A stretch of DNA of 64,000 nt, taken from Chamaesiphon sp. Lineage in GTDB: Bacteria > Cyanobacteriota > Cyanobacteriia > Cyanobacteriales > Chamaesiphonaceae. Where the stretch lies: NCBI GenBank assembly GCA_965246715.1, contig CBDFFH010000055.1, forward strand, positions 1 through 64,000. Reading direction: 5' to 3'. Position numbers and translations under genes: made by a program. Position 1 is the stretch's first letter; each line of letters begins with the position of its first letter. Below are positions 9,725 to 19,695 of this stretch, one piece after another. Below the pieces are notes generated by a model, which was not told where the DNA came from, did not search any database, and saw only the letters and a list, made by a program, of their open reading frames with translations.

Positions 9725-10423
9725 TTATTTATGCCCTGAGTTGAATCGATAACCGAATCCACGAACGGTTTCGATCGGGTTGTCACACTTGGATTCAACT
9801 AATTTCTTGCGCAATAGCCGAATTTGAGCGGCGACGATATTGCTGGCTGATTCCGAATCAAATGCCCAAACGCGATTGCGAATTTGGTCGTGGGTGAGGA
9901 TGCGATCGGGATTTTGCATCAAGTATTCCAATAGCTGAAACTCCTTCGCTGTCAAGCTCACAGAGCGTTCGTGTCCCCGTGTATCGCTAATGGCGATCGC
10001 ATTATCTCCATAATCTAAGCGTAAATTACCCAGTTGCAATCGATCCGATTGAAATGTGGGCGCTCGTCGTTGGAGCGCGCGCAGCCTAGCGAGTAATTCC
10101 TCCATCCCAAATGGTTTGACTAAATAATCATCGGCACCAGCATCCAATCCGGTAATTTTATCCTCCATTCGATCGCGTGCAGTCAGAATCAGGATCGGCA
10201 AGCTAAAATTATCTCTGCGCAATCGCTGACAGAGTTCGATGCCAGAGATTTTTGGCAACATCCAATCGATAATTGCCATTGCATAAGTAGCGCGATCGCT
10301 GGTTAAATAATTCCAAGCTTCCAGCCCATCGCGCGCCCAATCGACCACATATTGGTGATGGGTGAGGCTTTTTTGAATAACTGCACCTAAGTCGGGTTCG
10401 TCTTCTACTAAGAGGATTTTCAC
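9725..10423 (-). CDS. rppA: OmpR-family response regulator, RppA/NrsR family
   Basis: GTG start gives KILLVEDEPDLG; DWMLP, GLDAGADDYLVKPF, SNIVAAQIRLLRKKL, IETVRGFGYRF. Confidence 0.8.
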   Translation of the reverse strand: MKILLVEDEPDLGAVIQKSLTHHQYVVDWARDGLEAWNYLTSDRATYAMAIIDWMLPKISGIELCQRLRRDNFSLPILILTARDRMEDKITGLDAGADDYLVKPFGMEELLARLRALQRRAPTFQSDRLQLGNLRLDYGDNAIAISDTRGHERSVSLTAKEFQLLEYLMQNPDRILTHDQIRNRVWAFDSESASNIVAAQIRLLRKKLVESKCDNPIETVRGFGYRFNSGHK

Positions 10424-10491
10424 GATCGATACTGTTGAAATAAAGATCCGAGGATAATTTTTCAATCGGGCCGAAGATGATAAAGAGCGAG

Positions 10492-10510
10492 TATTTCATC
10501 TTAATTTCAT
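10492..10510 (+). promoter_or_regulatory. Tandem TTTCAT direct-repeat box (putative RppA/NrsR/CopR-type site)
   Basis: TATTTCATCTTAATTTCAT with 11-bp period, between the divergent regulator and RND adaptor. Confidence 0.7.
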
Positions 10511-10610
10511 GTCAGCCGGATAATCTAACAATAGTTATTGTCCATCTCTATCCTAACGGTCAGCAGAATTTAGCGATAACTTTGTCGTCTAGTTGGAAAA
10601 CCAGCGATCG

Positions 10611-12521
10611 ATGGTAAATCATCAAAAATGTAACTCGGTAATCGTTGTGTCGACCGCTTTACTACTGACAAATCCGTTACTGGTATTCGCTCATGCTGGG
10701 CATGGCGCACATACATTTCAGGAAAATGGTGCTACGGGGAACCAACCGATCGAAGTCGATGCCCAAACAGTCCAACGCTTGGGGCTTAAAGTTGAGGCTG
10801 TCAAAGCGCAACAGCTAGCTGTCGGGCTGAAAACCACTGGGCAAATCGAACTGATGCCCGATCGCAAGGCGGAAGTGACAGCGCCAGTGCCAGGGAAGAT
10901 CGTGAAATTATTGGTGCAGCCAGGGGCGGTGGTACGCCAAGGGCAACCAGTTGCGACGATGACGAGTGGCGAGTTATCAGATTTGCGCGTCACAGCTCAA
11001 GAAAAACGTGCCGAAGCTGAAGCAAGTCTTCACCAAGCGCAAGTAGATTTAAAACTGGCCCAGGAAAATTATCAACGTTACAGTCAAATCGCTCAGGCAG
11101 AAATCGCTCAGGCGCGAGCGCAATTAGCCGCAGCCCAAGCACAGTATCAACGCGATCGATCTTTAGTCACTGGCGGTGCGATCGTCAAGATTGCTAAAAC
11201 CAATTATCAGCGACAAGTGCAGATTTCCCAGAGCGAGATCGAGCAAGTAAAAATTGAGGTAAGTGTTGCCCAAGAACGCTACGATCGCGATAGCCAATTA
11301 GTCGCCAGCGGTGCCTTACCCCGTCGGCAGATGTTGGACTCTCAATCGCAATTAGCCGCAGCCAAATCGAAGCTAGCTAAAGTAAATAGTCGTCCCGAGG
11401 TATTGCAAGCTGAAACTGAAGTCAGAAAAGCCGAAGTCGAGCTGCCCATCAGACAGCAACAAGAGTCCGCAGGCAAGCTAGCCGAGGCTCAGGCAGCGGT
11501 AACGAAGGCAGCGACGACAAAAGATGTTATCGCCGCTGAAGCCCAGTTAAAACGTGCTCTAGCCGCTGTAGCAGCAGCGCGGACAAAGCTGACATTGAGC
11601 GATCGCAGTTATCAGACACGGTTGCAACAATTGGGTACCGTTGCCGATAGTCAGGGATTAGTTAAGATCGTCGCACCGATTAGTGGGGTAATTAGCGATC
11701 GAGAGGCATCAGTCGGGCAATCTTTTCAGGATAGCGGTGCGAAATTAATGTCGATCGTTAATGATACTCAGGTGTTAGCGACAGCAAATATTTACGAGCA
11801 AGATTTAAGCAAAGTTCGACTGGGGCAAAAAGTAACTGTGCGGGTGGCAAGTTTACCCACACAGTTATTTACAGGTACGATTAGTCGGCTCGGTAGTGTC
11901 GTCGGTGAAGGGCGTGTGGTGCCAGTCCAAGCGCAATTAGATAACGCGGCAAAGCTGCTGAAACCAGGCATGTTTGCCGCGTTGGAAGTCATTACCGACC
12001 GCACGTCTAAAGCTGTATTAGCGATTCCCACTACCGCAATTGTCGAAGCAAATGGGCAGAAAGTTGTCTACGTTCAAAGTGGGGATACTTTTCAAGCTGT
12101 AGTGGTGAATTTAGGGCAAATTACGGGAGATTTAGCGGAGGTGAAGACGGGATTATTTGCTGGCGATCGAGTTGTGACGCAGCGGGGGATGTTGTTGTAT
12201 GCTCAGTCTTTGCGGGGTGGTAGTAAGCCGCAGCCTGCTGTTGGTTCTAAACCTGTGGTGGTGGAGCCGACGATCCCGGTATGGGTTTGGGTGGCTGGAT
12301 CTGGGGGGATTGGGGCAATGGGGGCAGCAGTTTGGGCGATTAGACGGCGAAAGGGCGCTCGGACTGAAGCTGAATTAGCTGTCAAACCAGAAATACTCCC
12401 AGAATCTACAACTAATGTAATGTGCGACCTTTCACCAGTACCTACTTCAGATCTCAATGGTAATAACTCCGACTCTGCAACCTCTGCGGTTGCCTTAGAG
12501 GGTAATGTTCTAGATCTGTAG
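10611..12521 (+). CDS. Heavy-metal RND efflux periplasmic adaptor (CusB/CzcB/NrsB-like)
   Basis: Signal then AHAGHGAH, lipoyl-type EVTAPVPGKIVKLLV, long coiled coil, LKPGMFA, GLFAGDRVVT, C-terminal TM segment. Confidence 0.92.
   Translation: MVNHQKCNSVIVVSTALLLTNPLLVFAHAGHGAHTFQENGATGNQPIEVDAQTVQRLGLKVEAVKAQQLAVGLKTTGQIELMPDRKAEVTAPVPGKIVKLLVQPGAVVRQGQPVATMTSGELSDLRVTAQEKRAEAEASLHQAQVDLKLAQENYQRYSQIAQAEIAQARAQLAAAQAQYQRDRSLVTGGAIVKIAKTNYQRQVQISQSEIEQVKIEVSVAQERYDRDSQLVASGALPRRQMLDSQSQLAAAKSKLAKVNSRPEVLQAETEVRKAEVELPIRQQQESAGKLAEAQAAVTKAATTKDVIAAEAQLKRALAAVAAARTKLTLSDRSYQTRLQQLGTVADSQGLVKIVAPISGVISDREASVGQSFQDSGAKLMSIVNDTQVLATANIYEQDLSKVRLGQKVTVRVASLPTQLFTGTISRLGSVVGEGRVVPVQAQLDNAAKLLKPGMFAALEVITDRTSKAVLAIPTTAIVEANGQKVVYVQSGDTFQAVVVNLGQITGDLAEVKTGLFAGDRVVTQRGMLLYAQSLRGGSKPQPAVGSKPVVVEPTIPVWVWVAGSGGIGAMGAAVWAIRRRKGARTEAELAVKPEILPESTTNVMCDLSPVPTSDLNGNNSDSATSAVALEGNVLDL
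12500..12517 (+). repeat. 18-bp direct repeat, left copy (cassette boundary)
   Basis: GGGTAATGTTCTAGATCT, identical to 20398-20415. Confidence 0.9.
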
Positions 12522-12673
12522 CATAAGGAAAAAACGGTCGAAACGTAGAAAGAAATGGTATTAGAGATAAAGTCAGGATAAGTGTGAAATGGGACACGTT
12601 GTAAAGTTATCTTAAGCCAATCGCGCAGAGCGGCGGCATCGAAAGAACGCGCAGAGGCGCAAATTTCAGTTTC

Positions 12674-13840
12674 CTAGCTCACAAAAGCGCGTTCCCAAAC
12701 CCAGATCGCACTCATTAGGATTACCCCAACGGAAATTAGCCGACGAATAGTTAAATCCCAGGGGAATTTCCGCAGATAAGATAGCAGTAAATAAACAACT
12801 ATCACGATCGCAAATTGTCCTAATTCGATCCCGATACTGAAACTACCTAGAGAAGTAACCAAATTAGTCCGAGGTAATTCCAACTCCTGTAAAGCCGAAG
12901 AGAATCCTAATCCATGAATCAAACCAAAGCCAAAAGCTAACTGCCATCTATTTTTATTCGGCTCTTTGCTCCACAAGTTTTCGGCAGCAATATACGCGAT
13001 CGAGAGTGCAATAATAATCTCCACCCAGCGACTCGGTACGGAGACAATATTCAAAACCGCCAGCGTTAAAGTAATCGAATGAGAGAGACTAAATGCGGAA
13101 ACAACCTTAATTAGATAGGGTAGTTTACCACCTAACATTAGCAGGCTAACTAAAAATAGAATATGATCGTAGCCAGTGAAAATATGCTCGACTCCTAACC
13201 CGATAAAACTAGTAATTTGTTGTCCGATCGGGGCATCAATTAATGCTGCATTTTTGGCTGTCGGTGTAAAAACTATATTATCGACCGCATTATTCCTAAA
13301 TACCTGTGCCAGACAACGTGCGGTATTTACTCCTGGGACGAATAGATCGTAATGTATGTGCAATTGACTTAGGGGTTGCGCCCACTGATATTGCAGCAAT
13401 AAGTTACTATGTGTTTCGGGAGTAGTGATGAGATTGGGCGACAAAATTTTAGCTACAGTCGATCGGACGATTGAAGTAATCGGTTTTTGTCCGGCTGCCG
13501 TTAGTTGAATTTTTTCATTCAAAAATCGCCTAAGCTCGTTTTGATGTCTGGTTACTTCTAGTTCTGATAGCTTTCGATCCTGGTCATCATCAAACTGTGC
13601 GACTAACCCCGTCGGTATCGTCAGATTTACTTCGACAACTCGTCCTTTAATCTGAATATCCGCCACTGCTAAATCTGCCCAATGTGCCTGAGTGGGGATG
13701 GCTAAAGCAAAGCTTAATAATATTCCTGATAACAATGCAATCGCAATCCTCTCGATTCTAGTGATTCGATTGTCAGCTTTATGGAAGAAAGTCGTAATAA
13801 AATTCACAACGAATCGGCTATTTTTGATGAGGTTTATCAT
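12674..13840 (-). CDS. HupE/UreJ-family membrane protein with N-terminal extracytoplasmic domain
   Basis: AQAH-type signal, GVEHIFTGYDHILF, AFSLSHSITL, FGFGLIHGLGF, GIELGQ. Confidence 0.9.
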   Translation of the reverse strand: MINLIKNSRFVVNFITTFFHKADNRITRIERIAIALLSGILLSFALAIPTQAHWADLAVADIQIKGRVVEVNLTIPTGLVAQFDDDQDRKLSELEVTRHQNELRRFLNEKIQLTAAGQKPITSIVRSTVAKILSPNLITTPETHSNLLLQYQWAQPLSQLHIHYDLFVPGVNTARCLAQVFRNNAVDNIVFTPTAKNAALIDAPIGQQITSFIGLGVEHIFTGYDHILFLVSLLMLGGKLPYLIKVVSAFSLSHSITLTLAVLNIVSVPSRWVEIIIALSIAYIAAENLWSKEPNKNRWQLAFGFGLIHGLGFSSALQELELPRTNLVTSLGSFSIGIELGQFAIVIVVYLLLSYLRKFPWDLTIRRLISVGVILMSAIWVWERAFVS

Positions 13841-13896
13841 TGTTTGAACAGAGGTATCGTTCGAGTGTGGCGATCGTTACATAAAGCTCGCTATCT

Positions 13897-15285
13897 TTAA
13901 TTTAATCCCGATAATCCCACTCCTAAACCTAGCGCCTGTCTGCCTCCAGCCGCAAACGTCGGATCGATCGATTTCACCCGTTCTCGATCCAGTTGCGCTT
14001 GCGCCGATTGCCCTCTAGCTTGGGCGATAACTGCCGATCGATCGGTTATTGCCGGATCGAGAATTCCTGACTTCAATGCCGTCTCGATCGCCTGCTGAGC
14101 CTGCGCTAGCTTACCCAGCCGCAAATATGCAGCCGCTAAAGTATCCCAAGTTTCGGAATCTTGGCGAATTTTAATTTCGGCTTGCATCAAGGTTAAAGCT
14201 TGAGTTAAATCTTCTGTGTGTCCGCGTTCGAGCAATAATTGCGCCAACTCCCGCCGATGTCCGAAACCACTGAGATCGGAGCGCAATCTCGATACCGCCC
14301 GCGCCCAAGTTGCATCAGCTTTGGCGGTATCTCCTTGCAACCGTTGGACTCTTGCCAATCCTCGCAGCGCAACATGATCGTAAATCGTCGGAGCTTGCTG
14401 GTTGGTTAAGAAAAATCGATCGTATAGTGCGATCGCGCTTTGCTGATACTGCGTCTGAGTGGGATCGGCTTGCCAGCGTCGGACAGATAATTCGGCCATA
14501 TTTAATAACGCTGGCGGATATTTGGGCAAGATTTCCAGAGCGGACTGATAAAGCTCCTCCGCCTGCTGAAGTTGTCCCCGCTTGTAATAAAACCGACCCA
14601 AGAGTGTCCGCACCCACGCCGAACTCCCCGCCTCATCCGGTTCTTCAGCCGCGATCGCGGTTTTAAAATCTTTAATTGCTGCTGCATCTTGTCCCTGAGC
14701 TACTTCTACCAAAGCTCTGAGCGCAAAATTACTGAGGGTGGGCATCCTGCGGACTGCGGTGTCCGCAGCAATGCGGGCGGCGTTAGCGTTGCCTAAAGCC
14801 AGATGGTTAGTTGTTGACAGGGACAGGGATTCAGCTTGCGGGGGCAGTTGTTTGACTAGAGCTAAGGATTGAGTGAAGTCATGTTTTGCCGCTGCTACTT
14901 TTGCTAGAACTAAAGTTGCCCCATAATTATGGAATGGCAACTGGATAAGCGATTGCTGTGCAGTCTGTTGAGCGAGGAGATACCAGCTACTTTCGCCAGT
15001 TGCCCGTGCCATTTTTAAATAATTTTGCGCTAACGCGGCTCGTTCCAGCCCCGCTGTCGGTTGCTGTTGAATGACGCGTTGGTGAAAGGCGATTTCCTGT
15101 TGGATATTTTTGGTAATACTCCCCACCACTGGACGCTGAAACCGATATTTCCAGGCAGGATTGACACGCGGGGAGGTAGAGAGTAGCAAATAAGACGCGC
15201 TCGTGCCACCGATGAGTACTAATAGCGTACCGAACCAGAGCAATTTTTTACGCTGAGACGCTCTTTGGATGAGAGAAATTTGCAT
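13897..15285 (-). CDS. Tetratricopeptide-repeat protein with N-terminal membrane anchor
   Basis: N-terminal TM; TPR-like helices LGRFYYKRGQLQQAEELYQSALE and LAAAYLRLGKLAQAQQAIE. Confidence 0.85.
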   Translation of the reverse strand: MQISLIQRASQRKKLLWFGTLLVLIGGTSASYLLLSTSPRVNPAWKYRFQRPVVGSITKNIQQEIAFHQRVIQQQPTAGLERAALAQNYLKMARATGESSWYLLAQQTAQQSLIQLPFHNYGATLVLAKVAAAKHDFTQSLALVKQLPPQAESLSLSTTNHLALGNANAARIAADTAVRRMPTLSNFALRALVEVAQGQDAAAIKDFKTAIAAEEPDEAGSSAWVRTLLGRFYYKRGQLQQAEELYQSALEILPKYPPALLNMAELSVRRWQADPTQTQYQQSAIALYDRFFLTNQQAPTIYDHVALRGLARVQRLQGDTAKADATWARAVSRLRSDLSGFGHRRELAQLLLERGHTEDLTQALTLMQAEIKIRQDSETWDTLAAAYLRLGKLAQAQQAIETALKSGILDPAITDRSAVIAQARGQSAQAQLDRERVKSIDPTFAAGGRQALGLGVGLSGLN

Positions 15286-15309
15286 AGCTATTTACGGAGT
15301 ACGGGTAAT

Positions 15310-15939
15310 TTATCGAAGTTCGATAATCGTTGGGGGCGCGGTCGTTCCTGGTGGCTGGGCGGAAGCTGGAATGACGATCGTGGTTCCTTCGCGGCGATCG
15401 GTCGGCGGTGGTGCGATTGGAACTGGCACGGTCGGCACTGGCGCAACATTGGGCGTGCTTTGCATCTCGATCTTCGCGGTACCAATATTCATCGAGCCTT
15501 CTTTGAGATCGGCAATTAGCTTACGAGGATCTTTGTAGCCTAGTCTTGGAGCCAAAAGTATCGCCAATCCATGCGCCATTTCAGTTTTGTTTTGCGCGAT
15601 CGCTTCTGCTAGGGCAATCATCAAGCTGCGATTGTCCTCTAGTTGGCGTTTGAGCCGATCTGCTTCTGCTAATGAAAATTCCGGCGCACCCGGTCGCCAA
15701 GTTACGCCTACCTGCCAGCGCACACCAGTAGAGCCATAACTAGAACCACTATTAAAACCGTTATTAAAACTGCTGGAGCCATAAGACGAGCCATCAGTGA
15801 GTGTCGAACCAAGATCGACCCTGAAGCACAGATTAGAGCAACTATCTGAGCCTGATGAAAATGACGTAAATTGAGCAAAACAGGGAGCTGCGATCGTTGT
15901 CACCCAGAGGATTAGAGCGGAAAGTAGCGGATATTTCAT
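15310..15939 (-). CDS. Hypothetical exported protein
   Basis: Signal peptide, Ser/Gly-rich segment, coiled coil, Pro-rich tail; co-oriented 24 bp upstream of the TPR gene. Confidence 0.7.
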   Translation of the reverse strand: MKYPLLSALILWVTTIAAPCFAQFTSFSSGSDSCSNLCFRVDLGSTLTDGSSYGSSSFNNGFNSGSSYGSTGVRWQVGVTWRPGAPEFSLAEADRLKRQLEDNRSLMIALAEAIAQNKTEMAHGLAILLAPRLGYKDPRKLIADLKEGSMNIGTAKIEMQSTPNVAPVPTVPVPIAPPPTDRREGTTIVIPASAQPPGTTAPPTIIELR

Positions 15940-16084
15940 GGCAGTTATCTACAATATTCTTTCGCATACCTTGACGGGTGCCGACTACTGGCTGAGATCC
16001 TAGCGATCGAGCTAACTGCCTAAAACAGCTGACTTTGACCACATGTCGCTGCAACAGTTATCGATCGCGCGGTCTTTGCTCTCA

Positions 16085-16225
16085 GAGGGTATCTGAAAAG
16101 CGTAGATTTAATCCCCCCAACCCCCTTAAAAAGGGGGTGCAAGATTCAAATTCCCGCTTTTTAAGGTGGATTTAGGGGGATTAACAACCTACGCTCGTAT
16201 CCAATAAAACTTTTCAGACACCCTC
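16085..16225. mobile_element. MITE (141 bp) with IS5-family-like ends and TCA target duplication
   Basis: TIR GAGGGTATCTGAAAAG / CTTTTCAGACACCCTC (15/16), TCA on both flanks (16082-84 and 16226-28), internal CCCCCTTAAAAAGGGGG-type palindromes. Confidence 0.8.
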
Positions 16226-16239
16226 TCACCACAAACTAC

Positions 16240-17460
16240 CTAATTTGGTAAGGCTAAATAAGGGAAACTCGATTCCAATGGCTTATGCCCTTGCGCGGGG
16301 TTGCCTGGAGTGCCCTCATATGTGGCGTTATCGCCCTTAATTGCCCCATTAGTTAGGACACTTAAAGTCGTATCGATGACATCATCCTTGAGCAGCCGCC
16401 CACGAATGGGACTGCCTAGAGCATTGAGGGCATTACCATAACCACTAGCACCCGTAGTATCGATCCGCATCACATCTGGTAAAAAAGCGGCTAGGAGAGC
16501 ATTCGTCCGATTAGTGTCATTCCCCAAGGCTTTGAGCGTGCGGGTGGCTTCTGCCCCGATCGGCGCTGCTGCTGGAGAGAGATCGGCAGTCGGTGGTACG
16601 CTATTGAAGGTATTGAGTAAGTCGTTGCTGACAATCAAGCCCTCGTTGATGGCGGGACGCGCCAAGCGTTCTACCTGCTGATAGTTGCCATTGGCATCGC
16701 GGAGCGAAATTGTCTCCCAGATATCGTAAGTAGTGGCACCAGTATTGCCTTGCAAAAATTGCAGCGGCATCCGAATCGCGATCGTATTGACGTTAAAACC
16801 TTTAAATGAATCCACGGCTTGAGCGGGCGGACGGAAGCCAACCGCCGAACCGATGCCTAATGCCCCAGCCCGCACTCGGAAAAATTGCTCGACATCAAAG
16901 ACAAATGGATCTTCCCGCAAACCTGCAAACACAGAAAGTTTGGAGCCTCCAGCTGAGAGTTGATTGACGATTGGTCTTTGGGCGTTAGCAGCTTGCAACG
17001 ACGTGGTGACAAGACTTGTTGCCGAAGTGGTCTGTCCATCTTTGAAGACAGTCATCTTGACTGGCTGCTGCTGTTGGTCGTTGGGCACACCAAACTCAAA
17101 CCGGATGATGATATCTTCTTGACCTGTAGGTGTAGCATCCTTATTGGCAACGCGAGTCAGTTTGAATTCATACCGAGCATTTGTACTGAAATAATACTGC
17201 TGGCGGGCGATCGAGCGTGGGTTGCTATTCATCACCAAGACGAGATCGCCAGGATTGGCGTTTGAATTTTGATCTTGTTCCCGAAATGCGTATAAGTCAG
17301 TCAAATTCAGGTTGCGACCTTTGGCATCGACCTCGCCATCATCGTGATCGGAAGCCATCAGATATTGTGGCAAGCTAGTTGCTGCCAAGATTGCCGCGAT
17401 CGAGATGCCACCCAGAACTAGAGTTTTTTTCCAGTTGAACTTAAAAATTGAAATTGCCAT
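16240..17460 (-). CDS. DUF4331-family secreted protein
   Basis: Signal then ASDHDDGE, LTDLYAF, FAGLREDPFVFD, QVERLARPAIN, GRLLKDDVID, FPYLALPN motifs. Confidence 0.88.
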   Translation of the reverse strand: MAISIFKFNWKKTLVLGGISIAAILAATSLPQYLMASDHDDGEVDAKGRNLNLTDLYAFREQDQNSNANPGDLVLVMNSNPRSIARQQYYFSTNARYEFKLTRVANKDATPTGQEDIIIRFEFGVPNDQQQQPVKMTVFKDGQTTSATSLVTTSLQAANAQRPIVNQLSAGGSKLSVFAGLREDPFVFDVEQFFRVRAGALGIGSAVGFRPPAQAVDSFKGFNVNTIAIRMPLQFLQGNTGATTYDIWETISLRDANGNYQQVERLARPAINEGLIVSNDLLNTFNSVPPTADLSPAAAPIGAEATRTLKALGNDTNRTNALLAAFLPDVMRIDTTGASGYGNALNALGSPIRGRLLKDDVIDTTLSVLTNGAIKGDNATYEGTPGNPAQGHKPLESSFPYLALPN

Positions 17461-17514
17461 ATACAATCCTGCTACTTAATGGTTGAGTGGATAGATTTAT
17501 CGCTCTAATTAGAC

Positions 17515-17540
17515 ATACGCTGCTAGTTCTAGAATGGATC
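17515..17540 (-). promoter_or_regulatory. Putative ECF sigma promoter GATCCA-N15-CGTAT
   Basis: Minus strand GATCCATTCTAGAACTAGCAGCGTAT about 55 bp upstream of the DUF4331 gene; same geometry as 18683-18708. Confidence 0.65.
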
Positions 17541-17599
17541 TTTTAATAACCAATGAAGTTACACACGATCGAGTTATTAATTGGAACGCGCTCGAACAA

Positions 17600-18205
17600 C
17601 TAAGATATTTTCTTGTCGATCGATTTAGCAAGTTTAATTTTGCGTCTGGCATGCACACCATAACCAAAAGCGGCCAAAGTCCCCAAGATTGTCGCTGGCT
17701 CTGGCACTGCGGTAGAGATAGACGAAACATTACCCGCACCAGTGATAGTATTGCTAAAATTCCCAGATTGAGTATTATCAAAGCCAGTTGTAACGAAGTA
17801 ATAATTCGTGCCAGGATTAAGGGTTGTGGTAAATCCAGACAAACCAGCGTTTGCATTATCGTCGTTACCGATGACGATATTATTTAATTCATTACCGAGT
17901 ATGGGATTGAAGGCATTCTTATAAAGAAAAGTATAGTTATCAAAGTTTGCCGTACTCTGAAAAACGTAGTTATCTGCGGTATTAACTGTAAAGCCAAAAC
18001 TACTGTAGTTGACAGTATTGTTAGATACGCTGGTTGGAGGATTGGGGCCATTGTCATTAGGTCTAATCCAGGTGGGAGCGCCTGTAGTCGTACCACCATA
18101 AGTAAAAGTAGCAGCTTGAGCATTAGGGGTAAGTGGAGACATCAATACTGTCCATCCGCAGATAATACTCGCACCAGTCAAAGCAAGTTTATTATTTTTA
18201 AGCAT
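17600..18205 (-). CDS. PEP-CTERM surface protein
   Basis: Signal AQA-A, Asn/Thr/Gly-rich body, C-terminal VPEPATILGTLAAFGYGVHARRK. Confidence 0.9.
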   Translation of the reverse strand: MLKNNKLALTGASIICGWTVLMSPLTPNAQAATFTYGGTTTGAPTWIRPNDNGPNPPTSVSNNTVNYSSFGFTVNTADNYVFQSTANFDNYTFLYKNAFNPILGNELNNIVIGNDDNANAGLSGFTTTLNPGTNYYFVTTGFDNTQSGNFSNTITGAGNVSSISTAVPEPATILGTLAAFGYGVHARRKIKLAKSIDKKIS

Positions 18206-18682
18206 GATTTTAACTGAAAATAATGATGGTACATATACATTCTAATAAGCTAACTAATATAACGTTAGTTATTTCATGTATTGCCAATAAAAATTCAGCT
18301 ATATGACTTATATTCGTGGTCACCTGACATCGATTTGTTCGCTCTAAAATTATCTTGCTTAAGCCACATTGCCGATGCTTTGTCGATTAGAAATTGACGC
18401 AAAAATTTCGCCCTCAAGCTTAACTTTGTGAGCGAAATATACAAAGTTTTTGTGTTAAATAAAAGCCAATATTGCCTATAAACAACAATTTATCCATCGT
18501 CTTCGATTGACCCTAAATTATACCCATCGGTATTAATTAGAATCGAAAATTACGATCTAATATCTATAGATATGTATTACGAAATATCGTCAATGCTGTT
18601 TCGGTCGATCGCCGAGCGTTATTCCTCATGCCTTCTATGGCTGGGATTTCAACTCCGATCCAACCTAGCTGTATACTTATTT

Positions 18683-18708
18683 ATACGCATCGACTGCGCT
18701 GATGGATC
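18683..18708 (-). promoter_or_regulatory. Second putative ECF sigma promoter GATCCA-N15-CGTAT
   Basis: Minus strand GATCCATCAGCGCAGTCGATGCGTAT, pointing toward the PEP-CTERM/DUF4331 genes. Confidence 0.55.
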
Positions 18709-18934
18709 TCTGCTGAAGCAAAAAATCTCGATTATTTAGGATCGCTCTCGGTAGCAATGCCAAACGTGCGTCTGAGATGGTGAATGGTTTACTAAAGGGA
18801 TGTTGAGAGGGTTGAACGATTTTTCACTTCAATCTCCTGGAGTGGTTTGACAGCATCAGTCGATCGGGTGAGGCGATCTGGGCGAGTGTTCGCTAAAATG
18901 CGCTTACGTCAGCATTTTCCTTCCTTTGCAGTCA

Positions 18935-19489
18935 ATGGTCGAAACCACAAATTTACTCTCGAAAATCGCGGAGGGAGATCGGACTGCACTATCTAAGCTT
19001 TACGATCGATACGCGCGGACGATTTACGCGATCGCCTGGAAAAGTCTCAACTCAGTTGAGGACTGTGAAGAAGTAGTTTTGGATGTATTTGCCCAAATCT
19101 GGCGGATTGCTGGCAGGTTCGATGTCAACAAAGGTTCTGTCGAACAGTGGGTGTTTACACTAGCACGCAGTCGCATCCTCGATCGGTTACGTAAATTGCA
19201 GCGGATCGATAAAGTGAATACGGCAATCTCCTGTGGAAAAGGAATCGATTTTCCAACTATCAGCGTAGATCCAATTGAAGCGATCGAAATTGACGAACGA
19301 CGACAACTGGTACTCGCGGCGTTAAGTCAGATTCCTCCCGAACAACTTGAGGCGATCGAATTGGCTTACTATCAAGGTTTGACCCACACTGAGATCGCTG
19401 CACGCACTGGACTGTCGATCGGCACTATCAAAACACGACTACGGCTCGGATTGAGTAAACTAAAAGTAGCCTTTAAAAATGAATCGTAA
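18935..19489 (+). CDS. ECF sigma-70 factor (SigK-like)
   Basis: ALSKLYDRY, EEVVLDVFAQIWR, LAYYQGLTHTEIA, GTIKTRLRLGLSKL. Confidence 0.92.
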   Translation: MVETTNLLSKIAEGDRTALSKLYDRYARTIYAIAWKSLNSVEDCEEVVLDVFAQIWRIAGRFDVNKGSVEQWVFTLARSRILDRLRKLQRIDKVNTAISCGKGIDFPTISVDPIEAIEIDERRQLVLAALSQIPPEQLEAIELAYYQGLTHTEIAARTGLSIGTIKTRLRLGLSKLKVAFKNES

Positions 19490-19695
19490 GTAGCAGACCG
19501 ATCGCGAAAGTAATGAATTATCATTTTTAGTGTTACTGTCGCAAACACTCCCCATCCCCGCTCCATAGCTGTTGACAGCATTTTCACGTCTGGCTCCATA
19601 TATACAGCTCGACGAGCTTGGCAGACCACAAGTAGTGGTTCATGCCTGAGTTAATGCCAAATAGTGATAGGCATCACTAAATCCCCTCATCCCCC

